Virus record (IMG/VR): IMGVR_UViG_2513237368_000009
Source: a virus
Taxonomy: Duplodnaviria > Heunggongvirae > Uroviricota > Caudoviricetes
Length of the DNA stretch: 54,214 nucleotides
Strand: one strand, 5' to 3'
Shown here one piece after another: positions 41,447 to 50,293 of this stretch (position 1 is the stretch's first letter; each line of letters begins with the position of its first letter). The notes under the pieces are model-generated. The model worked only from the letters and a program-made list of their open reading frames with translations, did not search any database and was not told the DNA's origin. The translations under genes and the position numbers were made by a program.

Positions 41447-42142
41447 ATGACAAAGTACATAAATAAAAAAGGACAAGTTTTATCTATCGAGCCAGACGAC
41501 TGCTCAGAAAATCCCGTACGTGATTGGGATATGTTAGGTACTTACTATACTTTTGAAGGTAGGGCATACTCACCTAGCGAACACAATTACAGTGACGCTA
41601 TGGAATTTTTGGGCAGCATTATCGGTGACGAATTAGTTGAAAAATTACATGTAAGAAATAATAATACAGAAGATTTTTTGAATGACGTTTTTGAACGTGC
41701 GAATAAGTTAGGTTATATCATGTTTCCGATTAGTAAGTTCGAGCATAGCAATGTAGTTTATTCATTAGGTACGGCAAACGGGTGGGATTGTGGTACGGTT
41801 GGCGTAGCTTTTGTGGCAAAAGAAACAGTTTGTGCAGAATATGGCGTTAAAAAAGTCACTACTAAAGTCCGTAAATTAGTTAAACAACGTTTTGAGGGCG
41901 AACTGGAAACCTATACACAATGGTGTAATGGAGATGTTTATGGTTTTACAGTTACCGACAGTAAAGGCGAATTAGTCGATAGTTGCAGTGGGTTTTATGG
42001 TTTGTGTCAAGACACAGATTTGGACGAGGCAGTAAGATCGGGCTTACTGGAAACAGTTGCAGAATTAACCAATTGTGGTAAACCGAGTGACTGGAAAGAG
42101 GCAATAGTTGACCGTGTAATTTATAAAGAGAAAATTGCATAA
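41447..42142 (+). CDS. Conserved phage/mobile-element hypothetical protein
   Basis: Motifs FEHS...WDCGTVG...YTQWCNGDVYGF...DSCSGFYG; function unknown. Confidence 0.7.
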   Translation: MTKYINKKGQVLSIEPDDCSENPVRDWDMLGTYYTFEGRAYSPSEHNYSDAMEFLGSIIGDELVEKLHVRNNNTEDFLNDVFERANKLGYIMFPISKFEHSNVVYSLGTANGWDCGTVGVAFVAKETVCAEYGVKKVTTKVRKLVKQRFEGELETYTQWCNGDVYGFTVTDSKGELVDSCSGFYGLCQDTDLDEAVRSGLLETVAELTNCGKPSDWKEAIVDRVIYKEKIA

Positions 42143-42188
42143 TGTAGGCAGAAAAAAGAATTTTTTATAAAACAGAGGAGATAATATC

Positions 42189-42410
42189 ATGTTATTAAAA
42201 TTTAATTTTGGGGATTATGATTTAATTCAGGTATCAGAAAACGAGTTCAAAAAAGTGTTCCATCAGAATTGCCAAGGCAAGACTAAAAAATATTATTTTG
42301 ATGACTCAGATATTGAGACAATCAAATATCTTGATGAACAAATCAATGGAGACAATCCTGAAACAGCAGAAAGTGCGCTGTTCTATTTAGAAGATGTTTT
42401 TCTACATTAA
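42189..42410 (+). CDS. Hypothetical protein, paralog of 49509-49730
   Basis: Shared NFGDYDLIQVxxNEFKKVFH. Confidence 0.7.
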   Translation: MLLKFNFGDYDLIQVSENEFKKVFHQNCQGKTKKYYFDDSDIETIKYLDEQINGDNPETAESALFYLEDVFLH

Positions 42411-42448
42411 ATTGAGTTAGCGAGAAAAAGAATTTTTAGTCAAAAATA

Positions 42449-42493
42449 AACACGATATGGTTATTTAATGTAAGTTCGATTCTTACACGTGTT
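42449..42493 (+). ncRNA. tRNA-like element E3
   Basis: AACACG / ATA-TGGT-TAT / TGTAAG-TTCGATT-CTTACA / CGTGTT. Confidence 0.75.
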
Positions 42494-42530
42494 GTTGATA
42501 CATAAAATAAATTTTAGGGGTTGTATTATT

Positions 42531-43076
42531 ATGGAAAAAAGCAAAGATATATTGGAGAGAATTGCGGACAAGTCGTGGGGTCACGGTTTATGTTTTGAAT
42601 TAGGCGGAAAATTTAATACAGAACGTGAGTTAGAAAAAATTCTTGATTCATACGGAATTGATAAGGATAACGCAGAAACATTAATGAACGAGGGTATCGG
42701 TTATGCCTATATTTACAGTGAAGAAATTGAGGGCGTACAAGTTGAAAATGAAAATGAATTGTGGGTAGTCAACAATGAGTTATCTACTTTTGACGGATTG
42801 TGCGATAAGTTATACAAGGACAAAAAAGGGAATTATATATTAGGTTTTGCATATGATACTTTTGATATACGTTTTGCGATTGATATTTTAACCGCAACAA
42901 TTGGCGTAATCAATTTTGATAATGAGGGCAATGCAACATATGAATGGAAATACACTATGCAAAATGAAGATATAGAAATGCTGCAAAGAATTATTGAAGA
43001 GAATGATATGAGCCTTGATGATAGTATTAATATTACAAGAAATAATTTAAGTAAGTTACCATATCCAGTAGCGTAA
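42531..43076 (+). CDS. Hypothetical acidic early protein
   Basis: AGGGG RBS, ATG at 42531. Confidence 0.65.
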   Translation: MEKSKDILERIADKSWGHGLCFELGGKFNTERELEKILDSYGIDKDNAETLMNEGIGYAYIYSEEIEGVQVENENELWVVNNELSTFDGLCDKLYKDKKGNYILGFAYDTFDIRFAIDILTATIGVINFDNEGNATYEWKYTMQNEDIEMLQRIIEENDMSLDDSINITRNNLSKLPYPVA

Positions 43077-43092
43077 AAAAGAAATTTTGGTT

Positions 43093-43150
43093 AGCATAAT
43101 ATGGTTGTGGCAAAAAATTTTTGCTAGTGAGTTCGATTCTCACTTGTGTT
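43093..43150 (+). ncRNA. tRNA-like element E4 (with a third arm)
   Basis: AGCATA / ATA-TGGT-TGT / GGCAAAA-AAT-TTTTGCT / AGTGAG-TTCGATT-CTCACT / TGTGTT. Confidence 0.75.
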
Positions 43151-43186
43151 GTTGATTCAAAAATAAAACAAGGGTAGGTACATATT

Positions 43187-43618
43187 ATGAACGTAGAAAA
43201 GTTAATCGAAACGCTTAACAATCAAACAGTTACACTTGTTTCCAATATGGAATTTGAAAATAAACTTGTTGAGGTAACAACGTTGGAAAAAAGATTAGCA
43301 ACAACTTGTGAAGAGGGTTGTTTAATCAGTGGCAAGGAATTAAATAGTCGTCCAATGGATTCAATGATGGAAACATTTTTGGCTGATAATGGTATGGCTA
43401 TCTTTGATAACGATGCTGTGTATTGTGAGTCAATCGAAGAAATTTATGAGGTAGGTAAGAATTTAAAGGATTGTATTAGCGAATTAAGTCGAGGGTATAT
43501 TTCACAATTAGGTTGTCAATTGACTGGATTAGAAGAAGAGGAATATTGGGAAACACTTTTTGGTAGCTATCCTAATGCAAGAATTAATGAAGATTATGAA
43601 GTAGTTATCAACGATTAG
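43187..43618 (+). CDS. Hypothetical acidic early protein
   Basis: 143-aa ORF with RBS. Confidence 0.65.
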   Translation: MNVEKLIETLNNQTVTLVSNMEFENKLVEVTTLEKRLATTCEEGCLISGKELNSRPMDSMMETFLADNGMAIFDNDAVYCESIEEIYEVGKNLKDCISELSRGYISQLGCQLTGLEEEEYWETLFGSYPNARINEDYEVVIND

Positions 43619-43653
43619 TGTAATAAGAAAAGAATTTTTAGGAGGAATTAATT

Positions 43654-44121
43654 ATGACAATGACTTACGAACAATTAGCAGAAAAATTAAAGGTGGCAAA
43701 AGATTTTAGAGAGAGTTTTGTCGAATGGACGAAAGATTTCTATGAAGCAGAATACTATTACAATCATTGCACTAAGTATGCAAAGAAAAATAATATTGCT
43801 ATTGAGGAAGATGCTGTTAAACAACATATGTTTGACAAATTGTATGAAATTGCAGATAGCAGAGGTAATGAATATGAAAGATGTTTAATTGCGGATATGG
43901 CGTGGGACTTATGTGGGGATAATCAACCTATCAACTATGGTATTGGTACTGTTGAAGATATTTTTGATAATATTGAAATATTTTTGGAAGCCAATAAGAA
44001 AGTTGCTGAAATTGCTAGAAAAGAGACAAATGTTGATGAAGATACATTTAGTGATGAGAGTAATGATTATCTAACTGATAATTGGAGTGAAATGTACGAT
44101 ATGTTAAAAAATAATAAGTAA
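43654..44121 (+). CDS. Hypothetical early protein
   Basis: AGGAGG RBS, 155 aa. Confidence 0.65.
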   Translation: MTMTYEQLAEKLKVAKDFRESFVEWTKDFYEAEYYYNHCTKYAKKNNIAIEEDAVKQHMFDKLYEIADSRGNEYERCLIADMAWDLCGDNQPINYGIGTVEDIFDNIEIFLEANKKVAEIARKETNVDEDTFSDESNDYLTDNWSEMYDMLKNNK

Positions 44122-44153
44122 AATAAAAAAGAATTTTTAGGAGGAAAAATTAT

Positions 44154-44477
44154 ATGAGTAGAGAAACAACTAAGCTAGAAAGAATTTTAAATTTCATTGA
44201 GGGAAATGGAGAAATAATAACTGGTGTTAAATGCACTAGTTTAAACAAGAATGGTTTTAATGATATGGAAGGTATTCAATGGATAGTCGGTATCAAAATT
44301 CTTACAATCAAAGAATATAGAAATGTTCAATTTAGTTGGTTCACTAATTCAACATATATTGACGACTACTATTTAGATAACAACGACAACCCTACTAACA
44401 AAGAGTTCAAAGATTCTGTTATGAAAAATATAGAAGAGCTTTTGATCAATACGTTAGCAATGAAAAAATGTAGTTAG
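44154..44477 (+). CDS. Hypothetical early protein
   Basis: AGGAGG RBS, 107 aa. Confidence 0.65.
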   Translation: MSRETTKLERILNFIEGNGEIITGVKCTSLNKNGFNDMEGIQWIVGIKILTIKEYRNVQFSWFTNSTYIDDYYLDNNDNPTNKEFKDSVMKNIEELLINTLAMKKCS

Positions 44478-44504
44478 CTAAAAAAGAATTTTTACATGAT
44501 TAAA

Positions 44505-44549
44505 AGCGTGGCATGGTTGCTATGTTGGTGTCCGATTCACTAACACGCT
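44505..44549 (+). ncRNA. tRNA-like element E5 (near-duplicate of E1)
   Basis: AGCGTG / GCA-TGGT-TGC / TTGGTG-TCCGATT-CACTAA / CACGCT. Confidence 0.75.
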
Positions 44550-44586
44550 ATTGTTACATAAAATAAAATAAGGGTGGTACATAATT

Positions 44587-45117
44587 ATGAGTTATGAAAC
44601 AGTAAAAAGTTTTTCAGCAAAAGAAAAAGAATTAATAATTAGAGGTACTTATTCATCAAGTAACGTGACTGACGCATATGGACGGAGAGTAACTGACAAA
44701 TTTGAGAAAAAATATAAGGATTTACAAGATTTCAAAGATAGTTTGCTAGGTTTTGTTGATGGATATTTTGATGGCACACTTAGATTTTCCAATTCATCTA
44801 CTTTTGTTAAACGTGTTCGTATGTTACAACAAGAAAATCTGATTGAAAGTCGCAAAGATAAATATGGACTTGTATGGCATTATGTAGTTCGTAATGAAAA
44901 AGCGTATAACATTATGGTGGGTAAAGAAAAAATCAAAGTACCTACTTATTCAATCGTAGGTAATCAGAATGTTGTGTTAAGAAAAGTGAAATCTAAAATC
45001 AGATTAGAGTCCATGAGAAAACCGACCGTGTTTTATGAAAAAGCAGAAGTAGAAAGAATTTTTGACCTTGTCGAAGATTGGGTCGGTAGTTACGGACTAA
45101 GAATAATTGAAAACTAA
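44587..45117 (+). CDS. Hypothetical basic early protein
   Basis: 176-aa ORF, AGGGTGG RBS. Confidence 0.65.
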   Translation: MSYETVKSFSAKEKELIIRGTYSSSNVTDAYGRRVTDKFEKKYKDLQDFKDSLLGFVDGYFDGTLRFSNSSTFVKRVRMLQQENLIESRKDKYGLVWHYVVRNEKAYNIMVGKEKIKVPTYSIVGNQNVVLRKVKSKIRLESMRKPTVFYEKAEVERIFDLVEDWVGSYGLRIIEN

Positions 45118-45207
45118 AAAGAATTTTTGGTCAAAAATAAATATTGATTAATAGTAGTAATATCAACATTATATGTTAGCAAGAAAAAGAATTTTTAGTC
45201 AATTGGC

Positions 45208-45251
45208 AACGTGGCATGGTGCAAAATATGAGTTCGATTCTCATACACGTT
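45208..45251 (+). ncRNA. tRNA-like element E6
   Basis: AACGTG / GCA-TGG-TGC / TATGAG-TTCGATT-CTCATA / CACGTT. Confidence 0.75.
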
Positions 45252-45302
45252 CTTGTTACATGGACAATGTAAACAAAAAATAAATTTTTGGAGGAATTAA
45301 TT

Positions 45303-45722
45303 ATGCCAACAACAAAATCAATTGCAATTAGGAAAGATGTTTATAATTCATTAATGATTTTAGTAGGAAAGATGAGAAAGCTGAATAATTCAGCAGTAGA
45401 ATTTGAAGACAAAGAGGGGCAAGTAATTACGGAGAACATTGAGATTCCAGAAGTTGACGCAAGTTTGCGACTTGTATTAATACCAGAGAATTGTTCGATT
45501 AGATATGATACCTCAATGGGAGATTCAATTGAAGAGAATTTACCACTTTCAGATAAAAAGTTGTCTGAGGTTGGTTTGTCTATTGCAGTTGTTGCAGAAG
45601 TTGACGGTTGTGATGATGAAGAGGTGGACATTGATACGACAAAATCAATTGGACAACAAGCAGACCAAATTATGAGATATTACGGACAACGTAAACGTGA
45701 AGGGTTTTTCAAAATGGTTTAG
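45303..45722 (+). CDS. Hypothetical early protein
   Basis: GGAGG RBS, ATG at 45303. Confidence 0.65.
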   Translation: MPTTKSIAIRKDVYNSLMILVGKMRKLNNSAVEFEDKEGQVITENIEIPEVDASLRLVLIPENCSIRYDTSMGDSIEENLPLSDKKLSEVGLSIAVVAEVDGCDDEEVDIDTTKSIGQQADQIMRYYGQRKREGFFKMV

Positions 45723-45784
45723 TCAATTTTTGAAGGATTTTTTCATTCAAAGTACATAAAAAAAATAAATGGAGGTTGCATATT

Positions 45785-46300
45785 ATGACGTGGGAAGAAG
45801 AAATTTACAAGGCAAGCGAGGGTAAAGTTACACCTGAAAATTACAATGATTTTAATGTAGCATTCTACCAAGCCTTTATAGACCAAGTCGCAAGTGAATA
45901 TCCTAGTGAGGGTAATGTTGGCGATTCAGAGACGGGCGTAGTTAAAGTGTGGGGCATGGAATTACATGTAGAATTTAACTTTGAGTATGTTGATGAAAAT
46001 GAAGGCATTGAAACACAACCTACCGATATTGCTTTAGTAGAGGAGGAAGTAACAAAAGTAAAATATCTAGGTATAAAAGAAGACTTAGAACACGGTTGTT
46101 ATATGGTACGTTTCAAAAAGGAGGATCAAGTCAAAGAAGTATTTTTCCAAGATAATGAAGATTTGGTTCAATCAGTTTACGGTGAAGATTGGATAAACCA
46201 CTTAGAAGATAGTGATGACGATTTGTTAGATATGGCAGATAAGCATTTTGAATTAGAAAAGAATTTTTGGTTTGACTGTGTAGCAGAAGTCGTAAAATAA
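45785..46300 (+). CDS. Very acidic hypothetical protein (possible DNA mimic)
   Basis: GGAGG RBS; high Asp/Glu content. Confidence 0.6.
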   Translation: MTWEEEIYKASEGKVTPENYNDFNVAFYQAFIDQVASEYPSEGNVGDSETGVVKVWGMELHVEFNFEYVDENEGIETQPTDIALVEEEVTKVKYLGIKEDLEHGCYMVRFKKEDQVKEVFFQDNEDLVQSVYGEDWINHLEDSDDDLLDMADKHFELEKNFWFDCVAEVVK

Positions 46301-46336
46301 AGAATTTTTAGTCAAAAATAAATGGAGGTAAATATC

Positions 46337-46657
46337 ATGAGAATATTTGAGAATTTTAAGGAGTTAGAAGAAAGTAACAAGAGTTTGGCACAAGAATTAC
46401 TGGAAAATTTTGGAGAAGGAGATTGGCAACAAGATCAATTGTATGTTCACGATAGTCTTTCTGAATTTGCTGAATATGAACTGACTGACGGTTGGTATGA
46501 AAATAATAATCTAGATAGAGATTACAATGGAGCGCCCGATTTGATGGATTATATTGATACAAAATCATTGGGTAGAGATTTAAGTGAACGTTGGGATATT
46601 AGCAGCCACTTTCTATCTGAAAATGGTTCGGTCGTTGAAACTGGTTTTGGTTGGTAG
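46337..46657 (+). CDS. ardA: ArdA-like antirestriction protein (C-terminal domain-like)
   Basis: Acidic; DLMDYIDTKSLGRDL resembles the ArdA YxDYExxGRDL motif. Confidence 0.5.
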   Translation: MRIFENFKELEESNKSLAQELLENFGEGDWQQDQLYVHDSLSEFAEYELTDGWYENNNLDRDYNGAPDLMDYIDTKSLGRDLSERWDISSHFLSENGSVVETGFGW

Positions 46658-46702
46658 AAAAGAATTTTTAGTCAAAAAATAAAATAAAAGGTGGAATTAA
46701 TT

Positions 46703-47080
46703 ATGACAAAAGCAGTAATGGGATATGAAAAGGAAAATGGTTTAGTTGTTGCAAAATTTAAAAAGTCGTTCTTTATGAAAATTGAAGGTGTAGTAAAAGA
46801 AAGTATCACAGTACACGATACAAAGATTGAAATTATAGATATTACAGAACAGAAAATTTCTGATAGAAGATATGAAGAGGCATTGGACGATTACGGCTTG
46901 TATTGTTGTTATAACGATCCAAAAGAAGTTATGGAAACAGCAATATCTGGCGAAGATTCCCCCGAAGATTCACCGTATATTTGGTGTAGTGCTTTAATCA
47001 AAAGAAATGATGAATATTCAATCGTAACTTTTGACTTTTTTGACGGAGCAGGATTAACAGTTTTTACGAGTCAAGATTAA
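46703..47080 (+). CDS. Hypothetical early protein
   Basis: AAGGTGG RBS. Confidence 0.6.
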   Translation: MTKAVMGYEKENGLVVAKFKKSFFMKIEGVVKESITVHDTKIEIIDITEQKISDRRYEEALDDYGLYCCYNDPKEVMETAISGEDSPEDSPYIWCSALIKRNDEYSIVTFDFFDGAGLTVFTSQD

Positions 47081-47097
47081 CAGTATAAAGAATTTTT

Positions 47098-47158
47098 AGC
47101 ATAACCATGGTTGGTGCAAAAAGAAATTTTTGTTAGTGGTTCGATTCCGCTATATGTT
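47098..47158 (+). ncRNA. tRNA-like element E7 (with a third arm)
   Basis: AGCATA / ACCA-TGGT-TGGT / GCAAAAA-GAAA-TTTTTGT / TAGTGG-TTCGATT-CCGCTA / TATGTT. Confidence 0.75.
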
Positions 47159-47189
47159 TTTATTACATAAAAATTAGGAGGTACATATT

Positions 47190-47564
47190 ATGAAAAAAGA
47201 AAAATTACTTGAATCAGTAAAATTGATTAAAAAATTAACAAATATTATTCAAGACACAAACTCCGAACAATACTCTATTAATTTAGTTAAGAAAACTAGA
47301 CAAGAATTGTCGCATAGACTTGACCGTCTAGCAATAAAAGAATTAATGAAAGAGGCTGACGTTGATAAGAAACTATACAATTCAAGAAAATTTTACGACT
47401 ATCTTTTCCATGAATTAGAGGAAGCAAATTATCATTATCCCGCAGAAGCATTATTGAATTTGGATAAGGATGTTGTGGATGGTTATGAAATAAATGCAAA
47501 TTGCAAAGACTACATTTATTTTGTAAAGACAATTGCAAAAATAGTTTTAATAGGAGGGGAATAA
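47190..47564 (+). CDS. Hypothetical early protein
   Basis: AGGAGG RBS, 124 aa. Confidence 0.65.
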   Translation: MKKEKLLESVKLIKKLTNIIQDTNSEQYSINLVKKTRQELSHRLDRLAIKELMKEADVDKKLYNSRKFYDYLFHELEEANYHYPAEALLNLDKDVVDGYEINANCKDYIYFVKTIAKIVLIGGE

Positions 47565-47567
47565 TAT

Positions 47568-47957
47568 ATGTATTTGTTAGTTGAAAAAACAATTCATGGT
47601 GTAAACGGAAGTTATGCTGAGCTTGACAGTGTTGGTTGTTGGTACGTTCAAAAAGAAAAAATACCTAACGGTACTGACGGACAGACAATGTACAAAATTG
47701 ATCTTAGCAGACACAATTTAAAAGACTTGTCTGATGATACTCCAGTATATTCAGGTGTAAACGATTATGAAGAATTTACGGGAACACCAGAATATGAGGA
47801 TAAACAATCACTAATGGAAAAGGTAAAAGAATTTTTGGTGAGAAATAATCTTGAAGTCAATGAATATAACGTATACCTCTTTGCTGAATTAGCATTGGTG
47901 GTATGCAATGTACAGGACATTGAGAAATTTATAGACAACGGATTGAAATTACAGTAA
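47568..47957 (+). CDS. Hypothetical early protein
   Basis: GGAGGGG RBS, 129 aa. Confidence 0.65.
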   Translation: MYLLVEKTIHGVNGSYAELDSVGCWYVQKEKIPNGTDGQTMYKIDLSRHNLKDLSDDTPVYSGVNDYEEFTGTPEYEDKQSLMEKVKEFLVRNNLEVNEYNVYLFAELALVVCNVQDIEKFIDNGLKLQ

Positions 47958-47976
47958 AAATTAGGAGGAATTAATT

Positions 47977-48420
47977 ATGGGAAGTTTTAGTTGGAACAAG
48001 GCAGATAGTCTTACACGTATCAAGAATGTATATTATGGTGCGCCCTTTAAGTTATTAATACCAAAGGAATTTGGTGGTGGTTTTATCAGAGACCACTACC
48101 AAGATTATGGTATTATCACAGACCATAAAACTGGTTTAGATTATGATATGTATGAATTACTTGCCTTTTGGAATAAAGACCAATTATCAATGGGTGGTGA
48201 ATTAAGGTTTAATGGAGATTTTCCTAAACTAAAATCTGTAGATGAATACACAGACAGAAACAGAGGTTTAGGTATTGATATTGGTTGTTATGACAATCAG
48301 ATCGACAAACTCAAATATCCATTAAAATTAGTGAGTGTCGGCTTTAAAGGTTCTTACGAAGATTTGGATAAACCTAGCTACGGAGATCCCAAACAAGGAT
48401 TTTATCCTGTTGAAAGATAG
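47977..48420 (+). CDS. Conserved phage hypothetical protein (MGSFSW... type)
   Basis: AGGAGG RBS, 147 aa. Confidence 0.7.
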   Translation: MGSFSWNKADSLTRIKNVYYGAPFKLLIPKEFGGGFIRDHYQDYGIITDHKTGLDYDMYELLAFWNKDQLSMGGELRFNGDFPKLKSVDEYTDRNRGLGIDIGCYDNQIDKLKYPLKLVSVGFKGSYEDLDKPSYGDPKQGFYPVER

Positions 48421-48476
48421 TATCTGTTTAATGAAAAAGAATTTTTAGTTAAGTTATAGATAGGGTGGTAATTTTT

Positions 48477-48725
48477 ATGAAAGAATATCGTGAAAATTAT
48501 TTGAGAATAATCTTGCCTGATAAGATCAAAAATACGAGAAAAGTGTTGTTTAGACATGAAGAAAATTTTCTGCCTATACACGTTCTTGTTGATCTCGACA
48601 ACCCAAGCGATACACGAGTTGGAGAACATATTAAAGACTTGTTGACTACTGAAGAGTGGGACGATGTTTTAAAAGATATCAGAGAAAAAGAAAAAACTGA
48701 ACAGATAGAAAAAGAAAAAAATTAA
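48477..48725 (+). CDS. Hypothetical early protein
   Basis: AGGGTGG RBS. Confidence 0.55.
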   Translation: MKEYRENYLRIILPDKIKNTRKVLFRHEENFLPIHVLVDLDNPSDTRVGEHIKDLLTTEEWDDVLKDIREKEKTEQIEKEKN

Positions 48726-48960
48726 AAATCGGACTAGTTTTGGCAGCTTAGAGGTTAATCAATTTTTAGGTGATTGGTCAAACATTAGCAGCTTAAATGA
48801 ACGACCAGAGTTTGTTGGTACAAAAAATTTTTGAAGGTAAAGTTAAGGGGAATTGGCTGACCGATGAAAATGGTAAGCGACATAAGATTGATGCTAATCA
48901 AGTAGTTAGTTTTAAATTTTACGAGACAAAAGAAGATTTTGATAAAAGGAGAGCTTAATT

Positions 48961-49224
48961 ATGAAAATAATTTCACCCGTTGTTGCGAGAAATGTAGCAG
49001 ATAAAGTTAATAAAGCTCCTAAGATTGAGGAAGAAGACATGAAAAAAATTAATGAAATAATTACTTCATGTTCAGAAGAAGGGCAATACTGGTTCAGAAT
49101 AGTATCTAAAAGAATGGAAACTCCAATGGATGTTATTCAAGACGAATTATCAAGATTAGGTTACAGAGTGGGAGATGTAGAACCTCACGAAGAATTTATT
49201 GTAACTACATTTTGGTTTAAATAG
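48961..49224 (+). CDS. Hypothetical protein
   Basis: AAGGAGAG RBS, 87 aa. Confidence 0.65.
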   Translation: MKIISPVVARNVADKVNKAPKIEEEDMKKINEIITSCSEEGQYWFRIVSKRMETPMDVIQDELSRLGYRVGDVEPHEEFIVTTFWFK

Positions 49225-49238
49225 AGGAGGGTTTAGCT

Positions 49239-49463
49239 ATGGGAAAGAAGACGGGCAACGTATCACATATTAGATATATTATGAATAATGATCCAATAAA
49301 AGGAATTTTAACAGTTCATGATATGCGAGATATAGAGTTTATTGATGAAAGAGGAAATTGGTGGGAGACAGAAAGTCCAGTGAAAGAAGAGATTCACTAT
49401 ATACCAAAGTCAGAAGAATATTTTGATACATTAAAGGAATTAAAGCAGAAGTATAATGTATAA
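49239..49463 (+). CDS. Hypothetical protein
   Basis: GGAGGG RBS, 74 aa. Confidence 0.65.
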   Translation: MGKKTGNVSHIRYIMNNDPIKGILTVHDMRDIEFIDERGNWWETESPVKEEIHYIPKSEEYFDTLKELKQKYNV

Positions 49464-49508
49464 TGTTACTAAGTAAAAATAATCAAAAAAATAAAGGGGA
49501 TAATAAAT

Positions 49509-49730
49509 ATGATTAATGCAAATTTTGGGGATTATGATTTAATTCAGGTTAACGATAATGAATTTAAGAAAGTATTTCATTCAAACACACAGGGAGTTGA
49601 AAGAACATTCTTCATTTCAGACAAAGACCTAGATTCATTTAAGTCTTTGATTGATGAAATTGAAGAAACAGAAGATTCAGACACTAAGTTCAACAATATC
49701 CAGTATATAGAAAATAACTTTTTAGTATAG
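49509..49730 (+). CDS. Hypothetical protein, paralog of 42189-42410
   Basis: Shared N-terminal motif. Confidence 0.7.
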   Translation: MINANFGDYDLIQVNDNEFKKVFHSNTQGVERTFFISDKDLDSFKSLIDEIEETEDSDTKFNNIQYIENNFLV

Positions 49731-49750
49731 TATCGAGTAAAAAGAATTTC

Positions 49751-49803
49751 TGCATAGTCTGGTGGCATAAGAAATTATTGTGGGTTCGATTCCTACTTGT
49801 GCA
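49751..49803 (+). ncRNA. tRNA-like element E8 (with a third arm)
   Basis: TGCATA / GTC-TGGT-GGC / ATAA-GAAA-TTAT / GTGGG-TTCGATT-CCTAC / TGTGCA. Confidence 0.72.
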
Positions 49804-49835
49804 TTAGTACAAAATAAAATGAGGAGTGATACATA

Positions 49836-50174
49836 ATGAAAAACAATATTGAAGAAATCTTTGCTGCAATGCAGAAACATGATTCATGCGCTATCTACTA
49901 TGAGGTTAGCGAAGATAATTTCTATTTGCAAATTGATCCAACAATGTACACAATGAATGAATTATTCAAGTCAGGAAACATTAAATATGTTGCTACAAAG
50001 AATGTACGTGGGTTTAATAATTCTAGTAAGAAAGAATTACTTAACAGAATGATTGTTCTTTGCAACAAATTAGGTTATAGTAATAGTATGAATATTAACA
50101 TTCAAATCGAAAAGCTAATCAAGGCTATGTATGTGTATGATATCTGCAAAAAAGAATTTTTGCAGATTGCTTAG
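49836..50174 (+). CDS. Hypothetical protein
   Basis: GAGGAG RBS, 112 aa. Confidence 0.65.
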   Translation: MKNNIEEIFAAMQKHDSCAIYYEVSEDNFYLQIDPTMYTMNELFKSGNIKYVATKNVRGFNNSSKKELLNRMIVLCNKLGYSNSMNINIQIEKLIKAMYVYDICKKEFLQIA

Positions 50175-50233
50175 TACGATATGGGCGATAAAATAACTAT
50201 TTTATCATTGGCAATAGGACATATTTTAAATAC

Positions 50234-50261
50234 TTGACTATACACGTGTCCCGTGTATAAT
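50234..50261 (+). promoter_or_regulatory. higBA promoter with overlapping operator
   Basis: TTGACT-N16-TATAAT containing the inverted repeat TATACACG-N5-CGTGTATA. Confidence 0.8.
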
Positions 50262-50293
50262 ACATATTAAGATAAGGTAAGGTAAGTAAGACT

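Noticed and set aside
48726-48958. Possible frameshifted gene remnant between 48725 and 48961
   Set aside because: Two short open stretches in different frames but no start/RBS or recognizable family; too weak to call.
40653-49803. Calling the GGTTCGATTCC-type elements genuine tRNA genes
   Set aside because: Only 44-61 nt, 6-bp closing stem, no 7-nt anticodon loop and no CCA; reported as tRNA mimics instead.
40653-49803. Integron attC cassettes served by the tyrosine recombinase
   Set aside because: AAC...GTT ends occur in only some copies, the RYYYAAC/GTTRRRY boxes are not met, and the recombinase shows no obvious IntI-specific insertion. Conserved loops point to RNA function.
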